The notes: generated by a model not told the origin, from the letters alone. A DNA stretch of 64,000 nt from an uncultured Planctomycetales bacterium (GCA_964489065.1 CAZAXH010000003.1:191104-255103), one strand, 5' to 3'; counted from the stretch's first letter, positions 18,128-29,174 are shown. Numbers and translations: made by a program.

Positions 18128-19114
18128 ATGAAATTTATCGACAACAACTGGGATGATCGGCTTCCGGCAATTATTTTCTCTGCTGTGGGGATAGGCTTTT
18201 GGCTTTTGTTGGTTAACGACTACCCGGATGTTGCCCTCTGGATAACGTTTCTGTCGTTTTTGTTGTTTGCGGCGATATCGTTACGCACGCTTCTTTTTGT
18301 CACGTTGGCTCACAAGCGGCGGTGTCTGGTTCTGATTTTAATAACTGTTATCACCGGACTTTGGCTGGCCCAGGTCAGGAAAGGGTACAATCATACGGCA
18401 AAAATTATCGCCGAAATCCCGCAGTCTCCTTGCGAGGCCATTAAGCAATTACAGATAGTCCTGTCTTCCGGCCCATATTATGCGCGCTATAAATTGCAAA
18501 GGAGCCGCTCGCAAATCGATGCCTTGCTGACACATCCTGACCCGTGCACGTTGTCGGCTTTGTACGGGCTGTATCGAGCCGCGGCAGAGGATATGCGTCA
18601 TTATTCTCACCAAGAAATGACTGCCTGGCGTGAAATTTATTTGAACAAAACGTTTAGCAGCGTTTTTCCTGTTATAGATATAGAAGCGATCCTATCCTCC
18701 GGGCTGAAATATGGAAATATAGACAAGAACGCTCCGCGGCTTATTGTTTTTTATCACCTGTTGGCACAGCCGCTTAGTTTTAATTTCAATTCCAGGGTCG
18801 ATTTTCATAAAGGTTTCGAAGAATTGTCCCGGTTTCTGCGGGACTTGCGGTATTTAATTCGGATTGAAAATAGATATGGTTTCAAGGGGCATTATGCGGG
18901 TACAGGGCGTGACGCATTACAGCCGTATTGGATCATCCAAGTGATTGATCTTAAGGGACGTAAGCTCATTCTTGAGACTGTGTTGCAGGGAGGAGAGCCG
19001 GAGCAGTCAATTTGGACGCTGGGATCTCTTCTGCGGAGCGGTAAACCTACAGGAGATGAACCGGTAAAGGATTTTATTGCGTGGCATGAAGATACATTCG
19101 GTGAAAAACCATGA
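18128..19114 (+). CDS. Hypothetical membrane protein (three N-terminal TM helices plus a cytoplasmic domain)
   Basis: Hydrophobic segments at residues ~15-95. No recognisable domain. Confidence 0.45.
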   Translation: MKFIDNNWDDRLPAIIFSAVGIGFWLLLVNDYPDVALWITFLSFLLFAAISLRTLLFVTLAHKRRCLVLILITVITGLWLAQVRKGYNHTAKIIAEIPQSPCEAIKQLQIVLSSGPYYARYKLQRSRSQIDALLTHPDPCTLSALYGLYRAAAEDMRHYSHQEMTAWREIYLNKTFSSVFPVIDIEAILSSGLKYGNIDKNAPRLIVFYHLLAQPLSFNFNSRVDFHKGFEELSRFLRDLRYLIRIENRYGFKGHYAGTGRDALQPYWIIQVIDLKGRKLILETVLQGGEPEQSIWTLGSLLRSGKPTGDEPVKDFIAWHEDTFGEKP

Positions 19115-19363
19115 AAAAATATCGGAATTTTTTCAGGATTTATCCGTTTTCGCAGAAGGTCGCCTGGCTTTATCACCATTGGCCCATTATATCCAGGCCC
19201 CCTAGAATTTTGTTTGACAAAACAGCTTATAATAAGATAAAATATTTCCTTTTCTATTTATATAATTATCTTAGTGTTTTTTATATTAGGCACCCTCTTC
19301 TTGTTATCGCTTAAGTCTTTTGTCCATAATAACTAAAAACCCAGGTTAAAAATTATTGCTTTT

Positions 19364-20578
19364 ATGAGTATTAAAAAAATATCAATTTCTATTTTTTGTT
19401 TCAGTTTAGCCCTGGCACCGGTTGCGGTTGCCCAATCCTTGTTGGAAGAGAGTGCCCGCCAGAGCCTGCGGGAAAGCAAAGAGATGCGCGGGCTATCCCT
19501 GGGCCAAACCACCAGCTTAAAGGCGGTTTTTTCCCAGGAGATCCAGTACGACAGCAATGTTTTCTTAACGGAGGCGGACTGCAAACACGATTTGATCAGC
19601 ATCACCAGCCCGCGGTTGATTTTGAATATGCCGTTTTCGGAGGCCAAACATCTTTTTCAGGTGATGTACCTGGCAGATATCGCGACATTTTCAGATTATA
19701 AAAGTCAGAATTATATAGACCAGGGCGTGTCGGCAAAGTTAGAGTTGACCCTTCCGTTCGGGTATTTTAACGTTCAGAATAATTTTAGAGACACGGTGCA
19801 GCGCGCCTCTACGGAGTTTACCGACCAGGTGCGCCGGTATGAAGACCTGGGGCAGGCAGCCCTGGGGGTGAGGATGAATAAATTATCTTACGAAGCCGGG
19901 TACGCCTATTTTTTGAGGGATTATAACGAAGAGCAGTATGATGTTTTAAACTATGGAGAAGATATTTTTTCCGGCACGGTTTTTTACCAGGTTTCGCCCA
20001 AAATGAAAGCACTGCTAGAGTATAATCGCGGGCTCGTGGATTATATAAATGACACCGCCCGTAACGGCCATTACGACCAGGCCCGCTGCGGTTTTAAAAC
20101 CGGTTTGACCGGCAAGATCAACGGGTTAGTTAAACTGGGGTATCAAAATAGGGACTATGATACGGCCGGTCAGAAAGGTTATGAAGGTTTTGTTTCGCAG
20201 GCGGAGGTGACCGCGGACTTTTCTGAACGCACGAGCCTGGAGCTGAACTATATCGGAACAGCGGTGGAATCCATTTCGGCCACGAATAATTATTATGATT
20301 TGAATTCGGTTATGATGAACGTAACCCAACAGGTTATGAATAATATCGCCCTTTTGCTTTCCTCGCAGTTTGACCGGAGGGACTATCCGGAGGAAGACCC
20401 GGCGTTCAACGTGAAGCAGCGCGATTCTGTTTTTACCGGAGGGGTCATGCTGCGGTACACGGTTTTAAACCGGGGCCGGGTCAGCCTGGGGTACCAGTAC
20501 AGGGAAACCGTTTCGAATATCAGCGCAAAGGAATATAAAGACAACCTTGTTTCCCTGCGTTTTGATTTTTTAATTTAA
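19364..20578 (+). CDS. Outer-membrane beta-barrel protein associated with the polysaccharide-export locus
   Basis: Signal peptide (ALAPVAVAQS), alternating amphipathic strands, and a C-terminal ...LRFDFLI ending on an aromatic residue. It is the first gene of the EPS locus, preceded by an AT-rich promoter region. Confidence 0.55.
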   Translation: MSIKKISISIFCFSLALAPVAVAQSLLEESARQSLRESKEMRGLSLGQTTSLKAVFSQEIQYDSNVFLTEADCKHDLISITSPRLILNMPFSEAKHLFQVMYLADIATFSDYKSQNYIDQGVSAKLELTLPFGYFNVQNNFRDTVQRASTEFTDQVRRYEDLGQAALGVRMNKLSYEAGYAYFLRDYNEEQYDVLNYGEDIFSGTVFYQVSPKMKALLEYNRGLVDYINDTARNGHYDQARCGFKTGLTGKINGLVKLGYQNRDYDTAGQKGYEGFVSQAEVTADFSERTSLELNYIGTAVESISATNNYYDLNSVMMNVTQQVMNNIALLLSSQFDRRDYPEEDPAFNVKQRDSVFTGGVMLRYTVLNRGRVSLGYQYRETVSNISAKEYKDNLVSLRFDFLI

Positions 20579-20598
20579 AATAAAGGACACGAAAAGCC

Positions 20599-21285
20599 AT
20601 GAAAAGATTGTTTTGTTTTATAGCGGTTGCTTGTTTTCTGGTCACATTGACCGGGTGCGGGGGGACACGGGCGCAGACCGCCGGGAAAAATCATTCAAAC
20701 GATGCCATGCCGCCTGTAAAAGAAGAGACCTGCCCGTCGCCAACGGTCACGCCGGGGTACGACCCGGCATCCCCGGAAGTTTTTGAATACCAGATCGGCA
20801 CGGAGAATGTGTTGCAGATAGACGTTTATTACGGGAAAGGGGAGCAAATATCCCAGAAGGTCCGGGTTTCCTCCCGGGGGACGATTTCATTCCCTTTGGT
20901 CGGGGACGTATCTGTGCTGGGCTTGACAGTGTCTAACTTGCAGAACAAGCTGACCCTCCTTCTGGCCAGAGATTATTTAGTGAACCCGCAGGTGACGGTT
21001 TTTATTGAAGAATACAGCACGGTTTCCATCCTTGGAGAAGTGAAGCGGCCGGGCGCGTATCCGCTGAAAGGACGGCTTACGGTGTTAGAGCTGGTGGCCC
21101 TGGCCGAAGGGTTTACCAAGATTGCCGCCCCCAATAAAGTGAAGGTGCTGCGTGCTAACGCTGACGGCAGCCGGGAAGAGGTTTTGGTAAGGGTGAACGA
21201 TATTATCAACAAGGACAATGTAGACCAGGACAATCTGGTGCTGCGTGCCGGGGATTTGGTGGTTGTCCCGGAAAGTCTGTTTTAA
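20599..21285 (+). CDS. wza: Polysaccharide export outer-membrane lipoprotein (Wza/KpsD-like: Poly_export plus SLBB)
   Basis: Lipobox LTGC. Poly_export motifs IGTENVLQIDVY...GTISFPLVGDVSVLGLTVSNLQNKL and an SLBB-type domain VSILGEVKRPGAYPL. Confidence 0.85.
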   Translation: MKRLFCFIAVACFLVTLTGCGGTRAQTAGKNHSNDAMPPVKEETCPSPTVTPGYDPASPEVFEYQIGTENVLQIDVYYGKGEQISQKVRVSSRGTISFPLVGDVSVLGLTVSNLQNKLTLLLARDYLVNPQVTVFIEEYSTVSILGEVKRPGAYPLKGRLTVLELVALAEGFTKIAAPNKVKVLRANADGSREEVLVRVNDIINKDNVDQDNLVLRAGDLVVVPESLF

Positions 21286-21295
21286 GGAGTTTATT

Positions 21296-23026
21296 ATGCC
21301 GGAAATCAATAGGAATATACCCAGCCGGGACGAAGACTTTATCGAAATTGACCTGCGTGACGTTTTCCGCACGCTTGTTAAACACCGGTATCTCTTTATC
21401 GGCGTTCTTTGCCTGACCGTGGCCGGCGCTCATGCGTATAACGCCAGGACCCGGCCGGTTTATCAGGCCCAGAGCCGGATCTTAGTAGACCGCCGGCCGC
21501 CTAAAATCGTGAAAGTAGAAGAGGTTGTCCTGCCGGAGTACAGTGATGCGAACAATTTTTTTAATTCCCAGGTTGAGATTTTAAAAAGCCGGACCTTGGC
21601 CGGAATGGTTTTTGATGAACTGGGGGGCTATGAGCCGCCGGCCCGGCGCGGAAAGCCGGCGAAAGAGTTGAAAGATATTACAGCCGGCCAGCGCCTGAAC
21701 AGCTTGCTGGAAAATGTAAAAATTTCCCCGGTGCGCAATACGCAGATTATCGACGTTAACGTGGAGGATACTGATCCAAAGCTGGCCACCCGCATCGCGA
21801 ATACCTGGGCACAGTCTTACGTGCTGTTCTCTTCGGTGGATCAGCTGATTCAGAAGCGCAGTGAACTGGAAACCGATCTGTACCAGCGCGCGAAGTACCT
21901 CAAAGACAAACACCCGGTCATCTTGGGCCTGCAAAGCGAGATAGCCGCGATAGATGAAAGAATAGCCGGCGAACGGGCCAAGTTAAGCCGGCAGGACGGC
22001 CAGGATTCGGATATTTCCAGCTGGAGTGGCAATGTGACGAACGTTAAAATCATTGACCGCGCCCAGGTGCCGCAAAAACCGGTTCGACCGAGGAAGATGC
22101 TGAATTACGCCCTGGCGGTTATCTTTGGGCTGTTTGCCGGGGGGATGCTGGTGGTCATCTTTGAGTCCCTGGACCAGACAATCAAAACAGCGCCGGACCT
22201 GGAGAAAACCATCAATATGTCGTCGATCGTGGCGATCCCGTATTTTAAGAATAAAAAAGCGCCTGCCGGGCTGATCCCCGAGCTGGTTTCGGAGAAGAGC
22301 CCCCACTCTCTTGTGACGGAATCCTTCCGGCACCTGCGGACAGGCATTATATACAGCAACCCGGATTTTTCCAAGCGGACTATGCTGGTGACCAGCTCTT
22401 CCGCGTTAGAGGGCAAAACAACGACCGCAATTAACCTGGCGACGGTGTTTGCACAGTCCGGGGAACGCACGCTGCTTGTCGATACCGACATGCGCAGCCC
22501 GCGTTTGCACACGATCTTTAATATCGAGCGCGTTAACGGGCTGACGGATATTCTGGTGCACGATAAGGAAGACATCCACGCGTTCACGCATAAAACCGAT
22601 ATCCCCAACCTGGATGTCTTGGCCTGCGGCGAGATTCCGCCTAATCCGTCGGAATTGCTGGATTCCCAAAAGATGCAGGATTTTATCTTAAGGGCGTGCC
22701 AGGACTACCAGCGGGTGATCTTTGATTCGCCGCCGCTGTTGGCGGCCACAGACGCAGCCATCCTTTCCGCGAAAGCGGACGCGACGATTCTGGTGGTCCG
22801 CGCCGGGTTTGCCCACCGCCAGGCGGTTATGAGCAGCGTGAAGGCGCTTAAAACAGTGAACGCCCGCATTCTGACGGTGGTGCTGAACATGGTTAACTTT
22901 TACGGCGACGGGCACCATTATTACGGGTATTCGCTTTACGAGCCCAACACCCGCCGTAAAATCGCAGCCAGAGGGAAGGGAAGAGAACCTAAAATCCGTC
23001 TGGGCAAAAAGAAAGAAGCAGTGTAA
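21296..23026 (+). CDS. wzc: Polysaccharide co-polymerase plus BY-kinase (Wzc-like tyrosine autokinase)
   Basis: Wzz-type periplasmic domain with two TM segments, then Walker A SSSALEGKTTTAINLA, then Walker A' and B, then a C-terminal Tyr cluster HHYYGYSLY. Confidence 0.85.
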   Translation: MPEINRNIPSRDEDFIEIDLRDVFRTLVKHRYLFIGVLCLTVAGAHAYNARTRPVYQAQSRILVDRRPPKIVKVEEVVLPEYSDANNFFNSQVEILKSRTLAGMVFDELGGYEPPARRGKPAKELKDITAGQRLNSLLENVKISPVRNTQIIDVNVEDTDPKLATRIANTWAQSYVLFSSVDQLIQKRSELETDLYQRAKYLKDKHPVILGLQSEIAAIDERIAGERAKLSRQDGQDSDISSWSGNVTNVKIIDRAQVPQKPVRPRKMLNYALAVIFGLFAGGMLVVIFESLDQTIKTAPDLEKTINMSSIVAIPYFKNKKAPAGLIPELVSEKSPHSLVTESFRHLRTGIIYSNPDFSKRTMLVTSSSALEGKTTTAINLATVFAQSGERTLLVDTDMRSPRLHTIFNIERVNGLTDILVHDKEDIHAFTHKTDIPNLDVLACGEIPPNPSELLDSQKMQDFILRACQDYQRVIFDSPPLLAATDAAILSAKADATILVVRAGFAHRQAVMSSVKALKTVNARILTVVLNMVNFYGDGHHYYGYSLYEPNTRRKIAARGKGREPKIRLGKKKEAV

Positions 23027-23163
23027 TCAGAAAGCATTCTACCCGTCTTTGCTGGCACGCCAGAAAAACAGGGCGCTGGTGATTCAGGCGTCTAAGGGTG
23101 TTCTGGCGTATTTTTGTTTTCGAAAAGAAGTATTAATATATTAAATATTTTTTTAAAAAGGAC

Positions 23164-24135
23164 ATGATGAAAACGCTATTACTAACAGGGGCGGCCGGAT
23201 TTATCGGCTCACGGACAGGGAAGAAGCTGCTTGAGAAGGGCGCGCAGGTTATCGGGATCGACAACATGAACGATTATTATGATGTGCGGATGAAAGAATA
23301 CCGGCTGAAAAGGATAAAGAAATATAATAATTTTAAATTTCATAAATGTGATATCGAGGATCGGGCGTCTTTACAGCGGGTTTTTAAAAAATATAAAATT
23401 GCTGCAGTGATTAATTTGGCCGCCCGGGCCGGGGTGCGCTACAGCATGGAGAACCCGTTCGTATACATGACGACCAACGCCAACGGCACTTTGAATTTGC
23501 TTGATGAATGCCGGGAACACGGTGTGAAGAAATTTGTCCTGGCGTCTACCTCATCACTGTACGCCGGACAGCAGATGCCGTTTCAGGAGGACCTGGCCGT
23601 GAACACGCCGATTTCACCTTATGCCGCTAGCAAGAAAGCCGCGGAGGTGATGGCCTATACGTATCATTACTTATACGGCATTGACGTGACTGTGCTGCGG
23701 TATTTCACTGTTTATGGGCCGGCCGGGCGGCCGGACATGAGTGTTTTTCGCTTTATCAAGTGGATCGATGAAGGCCGGCCGATGGAAATTTTCGGCGACG
23801 GCACCCAGAGCCGGGATTTCACTTATGTGGACGATATCGCCGACGGCACCATTAAGGCTTTGAAAAAAGTAGGTTTTGAAGTTATTAATCTGGGGGGGAA
23901 TCAGCCATCCTCTCTTAATGAAATGATCGGCCTGATCGAGAAATACCTTGGTAAATCATCCAGCCGTGATGAAAAGGAGTTTCACAAAACCGACCTTAAA
24001 GCCACCTGGGCGGATATTTCAAAGGCCCATCGGTTGCTGAGCTGGAAGCCGAAAGTAGGGCTGGAGGCAGGGATCAGGAATACGGTTGAGTGGTATTTGG
24101 AGAACAAGAAGTGGGTGGCAGGAGTGAAGATATAG
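23164..24135 (+). CDS. NAD-dependent nucleotide-sugar epimerase (UDP-glucuronate 4-epimerase-like SDR)
   Basis: GAAGFIGS Rossmann motif, catalytic YAASK, high similarity pattern to the Cap1J/WbnF family. Confidence 0.8.
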   Translation: MMKTLLLTGAAGFIGSRTGKKLLEKGAQVIGIDNMNDYYDVRMKEYRLKRIKKYNNFKFHKCDIEDRASLQRVFKKYKIAAVINLAARAGVRYSMENPFVYMTTNANGTLNLLDECREHGVKKFVLASTSSLYAGQQMPFQEDLAVNTPISPYAASKKAAEVMAYTYHYLYGIDVTVLRYFTVYGPAGRPDMSVFRFIKWIDEGRPMEIFGDGTQSRDFTYVDDIADGTIKALKKVGFEVINLGGNQPSSLNEMIGLIEKYLGKSSSRDEKEFHKTDLKATWADISKAHRLLSWKPKVGLEAGIRNTVEWYLENKKWVAGVKI

Positions 24136-24162
24136 TTTCTTTATCATTATTTTGGAACGGCT

Positions 24163-25461
24163 ATGGATTTTGTTATAAAAAAAATTAAGTCCTTTATTAG
24201 CCCCACGAAAGCAAATTTTTTGTGGATGATGTTAGCTAATGGCGTGTATGCCGCCTGCCAGTGGGGGATGCTGATTGTCTTGGCCAAGCTGGGGAGCCCG
24301 GAGATTGTCGGCCAGTTTGCCTTGGCTACGGCTATTATATCGCCGGTGATTATGGTCACCAACATGCAGTTGCGCGGGGTTCAGGCCACGGATGCTAAGA
24401 AAGAGTATTTTTTGTCTGATTACTTGATGCTGCGGGTGCTTTCGACAACGATCGCATTGGGCAGTATTCTGCTCATTCTTTTGTGCGGTCATTTCAACCG
24501 GGCAGCTGTAGTTGTAACTATCATTTTTGCTTTGGCTAAGGCCATAGAGTCGATGAGCGACGTTTTTTATGGGTTTTTTCAGCAAAATGAAAAGATGGGC
24601 CTTATGGCAAGATCCATGATTATAAAAGGGATTCTTTCTGTTGCCGTTTTGGGAGCCATTTTTTATTATTCATCCAGCCTTCCGTGGGCCTTGGCTGGGC
24701 TGTTTTTCGCCTGGCTCCTTGTGTTAATGTTTTATGACTTTGTTAATGGCAGTCACCTGATGAAAGCCGTGGAAGGGGCTACGCGAGGGCCTTTAAGAGT
24801 ATGTGTGTGGGATGCCTTGCTGCACCGCAGGAGAACGCTCGTGCGCATTGCCGTTTTGGCCTTCCCGTTGGGAATTGTGATGGGAATCATTTCCCTTAAC
24901 ACCAATATCCCGCGTTATGCAATAGAGAAGTTTTTGGGTACGCATGATCTTGGTATCTTTTCGGCCCTGGCGTACACGACGGTGGCGGTTAATATGTTCG
25001 TGCAGGCGCTGGGGCAGGCTGTTTCGCCGAGGCTTTCCAGGCACTTCGCGGATAGGGATATCCCTGGGTTTAATGCCCTGCTGGGCAAGATGATAATGGT
25101 TAATCTTATTATAGGGATTGCTGGGGTTTTGGTGATCGTAGCGGGTGGGAAATGGCTTCTGGCTTTAATTTATACCCCCGAGTATGCCGCTTATATAAAC
25201 CTTTTTATTGTTCTTATGATTTCAACCGCGCTTTCCGGCGTGGCTTCGGCTCTTGGCTACGCCATGACGGCCGCGCGGCAGTTTAACTGGCAGGTGCCGC
25301 TGTTTTCCGTTGTCTTAATATCCACTTTTACTCTTTCTTTTGTTTTGATTCCGAACTTGAAGTTATACGGCGCGGCCATATCGTTAATTGTCTCGGCCTT
25401 GATTCAGATTGCCGGTGCCGCATGGATTGTTAAGAGGGCAATACGGGAGAGGACGTGTTGA
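24163..25461 (+). CDS. wzx: Wzx-type oligosaccharide flippase (MOP superfamily)
   Basis: About 12 predicted TM helices. The position within the locus and the length are typical of polysaccharide_synt-family flippases. Confidence 0.7.
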   Translation: MDFVIKKIKSFISPTKANFLWMMLANGVYAACQWGMLIVLAKLGSPEIVGQFALATAIISPVIMVTNMQLRGVQATDAKKEYFLSDYLMLRVLSTTIALGSILLILLCGHFNRAAVVVTIIFALAKAIESMSDVFYGFFQQNEKMGLMARSMIIKGILSVAVLGAIFYYSSSLPWALAGLFFAWLLVLMFYDFVNGSHLMKAVEGATRGPLRVCVWDALLHRRRTLVRIAVLAFPLGIVMGIISLNTNIPRYAIEKFLGTHDLGIFSALAYTTVAVNMFVQALGQAVSPRLSRHFADRDIPGFNALLGKMIMVNLIIGIAGVLVIVAGGKWLLALIYTPEYAAYINLFIVLMISTALSGVASALGYAMTAARQFNWQVPLFSVVLISTFTLSFVLIPNLKLYGAAISLIVSALIQIAGAAWIVKRAIRERTC

Positions 25462-26537
25462 ACAAAAATCGTATACACAATTATTATTCTATTAATGAAC
25501 ATTTGGTAAGCGTTGATGTCCTTCGGATTATATGTATCTTTGCGGTCATTTGTATTCACACGGAGGCCAGTTTTCGCCAAAGCAACAATGATATGGCCTA
25601 TATTTTTATACATTATTTGCCAAGGTTTGCGGTGCCGGTCTTTTTTATTATCGCAGGTTTCTTTTGGGCGAGATCAATGGAGCGGGACTTTTCAAAGATG
25701 TATTTCAGGGCGTATTTAAAAAAAATAGTGATCCTTTTTAGTTCTTGGACAATTATTTATCGTCTGGTGATTTATATATCAAGAATATTTTTGGGGCAAC
25801 GAAGATCGGCTGCTTCGGTAGATTCTATTTTAAATTTGCCATTTGTTGGGTATAACCATCTATGGTTTCTTGTTTCTTTGGCATTAGGTTTAATAATATT
25901 ATATTGTTTTGTGAAGACCAAGCAGGAAAAGTATATTTTTCTCTTTTCAGTGTCCTTGTACGCGATAGCACTTTTAGGCAAAGATTATTCTTTAACCCCA
26001 TTGGGACTTTATCGGTTTCCAGAGTTTTTTAATACCCGACATGGTCCTTTTGTTTCGTGTTTGTTTCTTGCTATTGGCTGGAATATATTTAAGTCAAACA
26101 GGAGGGTTACTTTTTTAAGTGCTTTTTCTTTAGTTATCTTGGGGTTTTTTACAAGCTTTCTAGAAATTTATTGTCTTAAGAAGTTTGATTCACTGTCTTC
26201 AACGCATCCAGAGTTCCTTATAGGTACAGTCCCTTTAGCTTCAGGATTTTTCTTGATGGCTTTGGCGAGGTCGACATTGGGTCGCAACTGTTGGCTAGAG
26301 TATGTAGGGAAAAACATTGTCGGTGTATATGTTGTTCACGATCTAGTAGTCTTAGTCATTAGTCGTTGCTCCCGGCAAATAGACAGTGTGGTTTGGCATA
26401 TTGTTTTTCCATGTTTAGTTTTTTTGTTGTCTCTTTTGATTGTATTTCTTTTAAATAAATTTCAGTTTACTAGTTGGCTTGTAACAGGAAGATTTGAACG
26501 TTATAGTAAACAGAGGGCCAGCCATGCTTCCATGTAA
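25455..26537 (+). CDS. Membrane acyltransferase family 3 (O-acetyltransferase of sugars)
   Basis: VDVLRIICIFAVICIHT...PVFFIIAGF is the hallmark N-terminus of Acyl_transf_3, followed by 10 TM helices. Confidence 0.75.
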   Translation: MLNKNRIHNYYSINEHLVSVDVLRIICIFAVICIHTEASFRQSNNDMAYIFIHYLPRFAVPVFFIIAGFFWARSMERDFSKMYFRAYLKKIVILFSSWTIIYRLVIYISRIFLGQRRSAASVDSILNLPFVGYNHLWFLVSLALGLIILYCFVKTKQEKYIFLFSVSLYAIALLGKDYSLTPLGLYRFPEFFNTRHGPFVSCLFLAIGWNIFKSNRRVTFLSAFSLVILGFFTSFLEIYCLKKFDSLSSTHPEFLIGTVPLASGFFLMALARSTLGRNCWLEYVGKNIVGVYVVHDLVVLVISRCSRQIDSVVWHIVFPCLVFLLSLLIVFLLNKFQFTSWLVTGRFERYSKQRASHASM

Positions 26538-27663
26538 GCCGCGTCCAGTAAAGATCCTGCATGTTGTGGGCGGTATGGTTGTCGGAGGAATAGAAACTTG
26601 GTTAATGCATGTATTGCGGAATATTGATCGGAGTAACTATCATTTTGATTTCTTGACACATACGACAAAACCCTGTTTTTATGATGAGGAAATTCGGGCG
26701 CTTGGGGGGCGCGTTATTCCTTGTCTTTCTCCCTCTAAGCCTTTCAGTTATGCGAGAAATTTTTTTAGAATATTGAAAGAAAATGGCCCGTACCATGTAA
26801 TCCATAGTCACGTACATTACTTTTCGGGTATTACTATGTTGTTAGCGCATCTGGGAGGTGTCCCTGTGCGCATCGCACATAGTCATACTGACACGTCCTC
26901 CTATGAGGGGCGGGCGGGCTTTTTACGTCAATGTTATTTATATGCCATGAGATGTATGATCCAGTGTCATGCTACAAAAGGGGTAGGCTGTAGTGCTCCA
27001 GCGGCTCTTGATCTTTTTGGTAAAACCTGGGAAGAAGACACTCGTTGGCAGTTGTTTTATTGCGGAATTGATTTTGAACCGTTTTCTTGTTTTGTCGAAC
27101 GGAACGATGTCCGTCGAGAGCTGTGCATTCCATCGGATGCCTTTGTGGTTGGGCATGTTGGCCGTTTTACGGAAGTTAAGAATCATAGTTTTCTTCTAGA
27201 TATTTTTTATGAAATTGTCTGCCGTCTTCCTAATAGCCGTTTACTTTTGGTCGGAGATGGGCCCCTTCGAGAAGAGATTCGACGGAAGATACATCGTTTA
27301 AGATTGTCGGATAAGGTTATTTTAACGGGACTTCGGCAGGATGTTCCAAGACTTATGATGGGGGCGATGGATGTTTTTGTGTTTCCATCTCATTACGAAG
27401 GATTACCATTAACTTTGGTTGAAGCTCAGGCAGCAGGTTTGGGATGTGTTTATTCGAACACAATTACGAGAGAAATTGCGGTGATCTCTTCGCTGCTTCG
27501 GCCAACTCCTTTAGTAGAGCCGGCCTCTGTATGGGCGGATATTGTCATTGCCGAAAGACGATGTTCCATAAAACCCATTAAACAGGTGTTCGAGCTTGTT
27601 AATGGCAGCCAATTTAGTATTGTCCAATGTTTAAATCGGTTAAAGAAGATGTATGAGTTTTAG
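26494..27663 (+). CDS. Glycosyltransferase family 4 (GT-B, GT1-like)
   Basis: N-terminal ILHVVGGMVVGGIE followed by a C-terminal E-x7-E region (FPSHYEGLPLTLVEAQAAG). The start may be the Met at 26524. Confidence 0.8.
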   Translation: MNVIVNRGPAMLPCKPRPVKILHVVGGMVVGGIETWLMHVLRNIDRSNYHFDFLTHTTKPCFYDEEIRALGGRVIPCLSPSKPFSYARNFFRILKENGPYHVIHSHVHYFSGITMLLAHLGGVPVRIAHSHTDTSSYEGRAGFLRQCYLYAMRCMIQCHATKGVGCSAPAALDLFGKTWEEDTRWQLFYCGIDFEPFSCFVERNDVRRELCIPSDAFVVGHVGRFTEVKNHSFLLDIFYEIVCRLPNSRLLLVGDGPLREEIRRKIHRLRLSDKVILTGLRQDVPRLMMGAMDVFVFPSHYEGLPLTLVEAQAAGLGCVYSNTITREIAVISSLLRPTPLVEPASVWADIVIAERRCSIKPIKQVFELVNGSQFSIVQCLNRLKKMYEF

Positions 27664-27680
27664 TTCGGGGTGATATATAG

Positions 27681-29174
27681 ATGATTTTCAGAATTCGTCC
27701 TTTAACATCTAGCGTAGTGGCTGTTATCAATTTTCAGCTATTGCTTTTTTTGTTACTAATTGCTCTTTTAAAACCGGTGTGGGGGATGGCAAGCGAGGAT
27801 ATTATTTATTCCTTATGTGTTATCTTGGCAATAAGTACTGCATGGATTTTTTTTACTATAAAATATATTGATAAAGATTTGTTTAATTTTTATTCTTTGT
27901 TTATCTGTGCATCTGTGTTTTTTAACGGTGGGCAGGCTATTTTAGAGGTTTTTCACCTAAATTTGAATGGTATTCTGGATGGGAAGTTTTCGGCCGAGAC
28001 GTTAGTGAAAACTTTGTATTTAGTCATTCTCTCTCTAGTAAGTTTTCATATGGGGGGGCTTTTGAGTGTTAAGAGGTTGTCTAGATTAGAGAGGGGGAGG
28101 GATAGAAAAGGTTATGAATATGATCCGGTGTCTTCTCTCAGGATTTTACGTTTAGTCGGTGGTATATTTATTGCCATCTCAATAGTGCCTGCTTTTAAGA
28201 TGACCGTAGAAGCATTGCGGATAGTCTTGAGTGGGGGATACTTTGCTTTATTTCAACAAGACGTTCCTACCGGGATGAATTCTGGCATTGGTGGAATAGT
28301 TGCTTGGTCGGCCGATTTCTTTATTCCCGGCTTAATTTTTTTATTGATCGGAAGTAAGAATTATTCAATCATTAGAAAATTCATTTGGGGAACATTGCTT
28401 GCTTATTGTTGTGCGCTGTTATTTTTAGGACATCGGAGTTCTGCAACTTTGTTGTTGGTTTCAGGGCTATGGGTGTGGCATAGAGTCATGCGTCCATTGC
28501 CATGGGTTAAGATATTTATTGGTGGCGCATTTTTATTGTTTGTCATTTTCCCTACCACGAGGATCATTAGAAACATTGATGGTACGTCTCGTTTAGATTT
28601 GCAAGTCATTGTTGATTCGTTTTTCTCCATTCAGAATCCTGCTACGGATGCGATTAGTGAAATGGGTGGTTCTATGGGCACTGTAGCTTACACCGTAGAA
28701 TTAGTGCCGTCAGAAAGACCTTTTGCTATGGGATTGACATATCTGTATGGAGCCTCTGTGTTGGTTCCTAATCTCTTTTGGGATATTCATCCTGCAGTGA
28801 AATATGGAAATTTGTCCAATTGGCTTACATTGACTGTAGATCCGTATACATTTTTTATGGGTGGAGGCCTGGGATATTCTTTTATTGCTGAATCTTATAT
28901 CAATTTTGGTTGGTGGGGGACGCCATTTTTTATGATGTTATTGGGCTTTATTATAGCAAAGCTGACAATTTGGGCTGCCGGGAAGGAAGAATATGGAGGA
29001 ATAGCTTTTGTCTCCGGTTGTATTGCAACCATGCTTTTTTGGCCCCGTGCTGATATCACTATATTTTTAAGGCCGTTAGATTATTATTTTCTTCCTGCGT
29101 ATGTTTTATTTATTTATCTGAGGCGGCGGTCAAATCCTGTTGAAAGAATTGGGGCTGTAGAGGTGTCAACTTGA
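27681..29174 (+). CDS. wzy: Wzy-like polysaccharide polymerase / O-antigen ligase family membrane protein
   Basis: Polytopic, with about 11 TM segments and a large periplasmic loop. No sequence motif is assignable, so the call rests on locus context. Confidence 0.5.
   Translation: MIFRIRPLTSSVVAVINFQLLLFLLLIALLKPVWGMASEDIIYSLCVILAISTAWIFFTIKYIDKDLFNFYSLFICASVFFNGGQAILEVFHLNLNGILDGKFSAETLVKTLYLVILSLVSFHMGGLLSVKRLSRLERGRDRKGYEYDPVSSLRILRLVGGIFIAISIVPAFKMTVEALRIVLSGGYFALFQQDVPTGMNSGIGGIVAWSADFFIPGLIFLLIGSKNYSIIRKFIWGTLLAYCCALLFLGHRSSATLLLVSGLWVWHRVMRPLPWVKIFIGGAFLLFVIFPTTRIIRNIDGTSRLDLQVIVDSFFSIQNPATDAISEMGGSMGTVAYTVELVPSERPFAMGLTYLYGASVLVPNLFWDIHPAVKYGNLSNWLTLTVDPYTFFMGGGLGYSFIAESYINFGWWGTPFFMMLLGFIIAKLTIWAAGKEEYGGIAFVSGCIATMLFWPRADITIFLRPLDYYFLPAYVLFIYLRRRSNPVERIGAVEVST

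Noticed and set aside
19115-19363. Confident promoter call for the start of the EPS locus
   Set aside because: The AT-rich region has TTGACA and several TATAAT-like hexamers, but none with correct 16-18-nt spacing to the -35. It is left unannotated.
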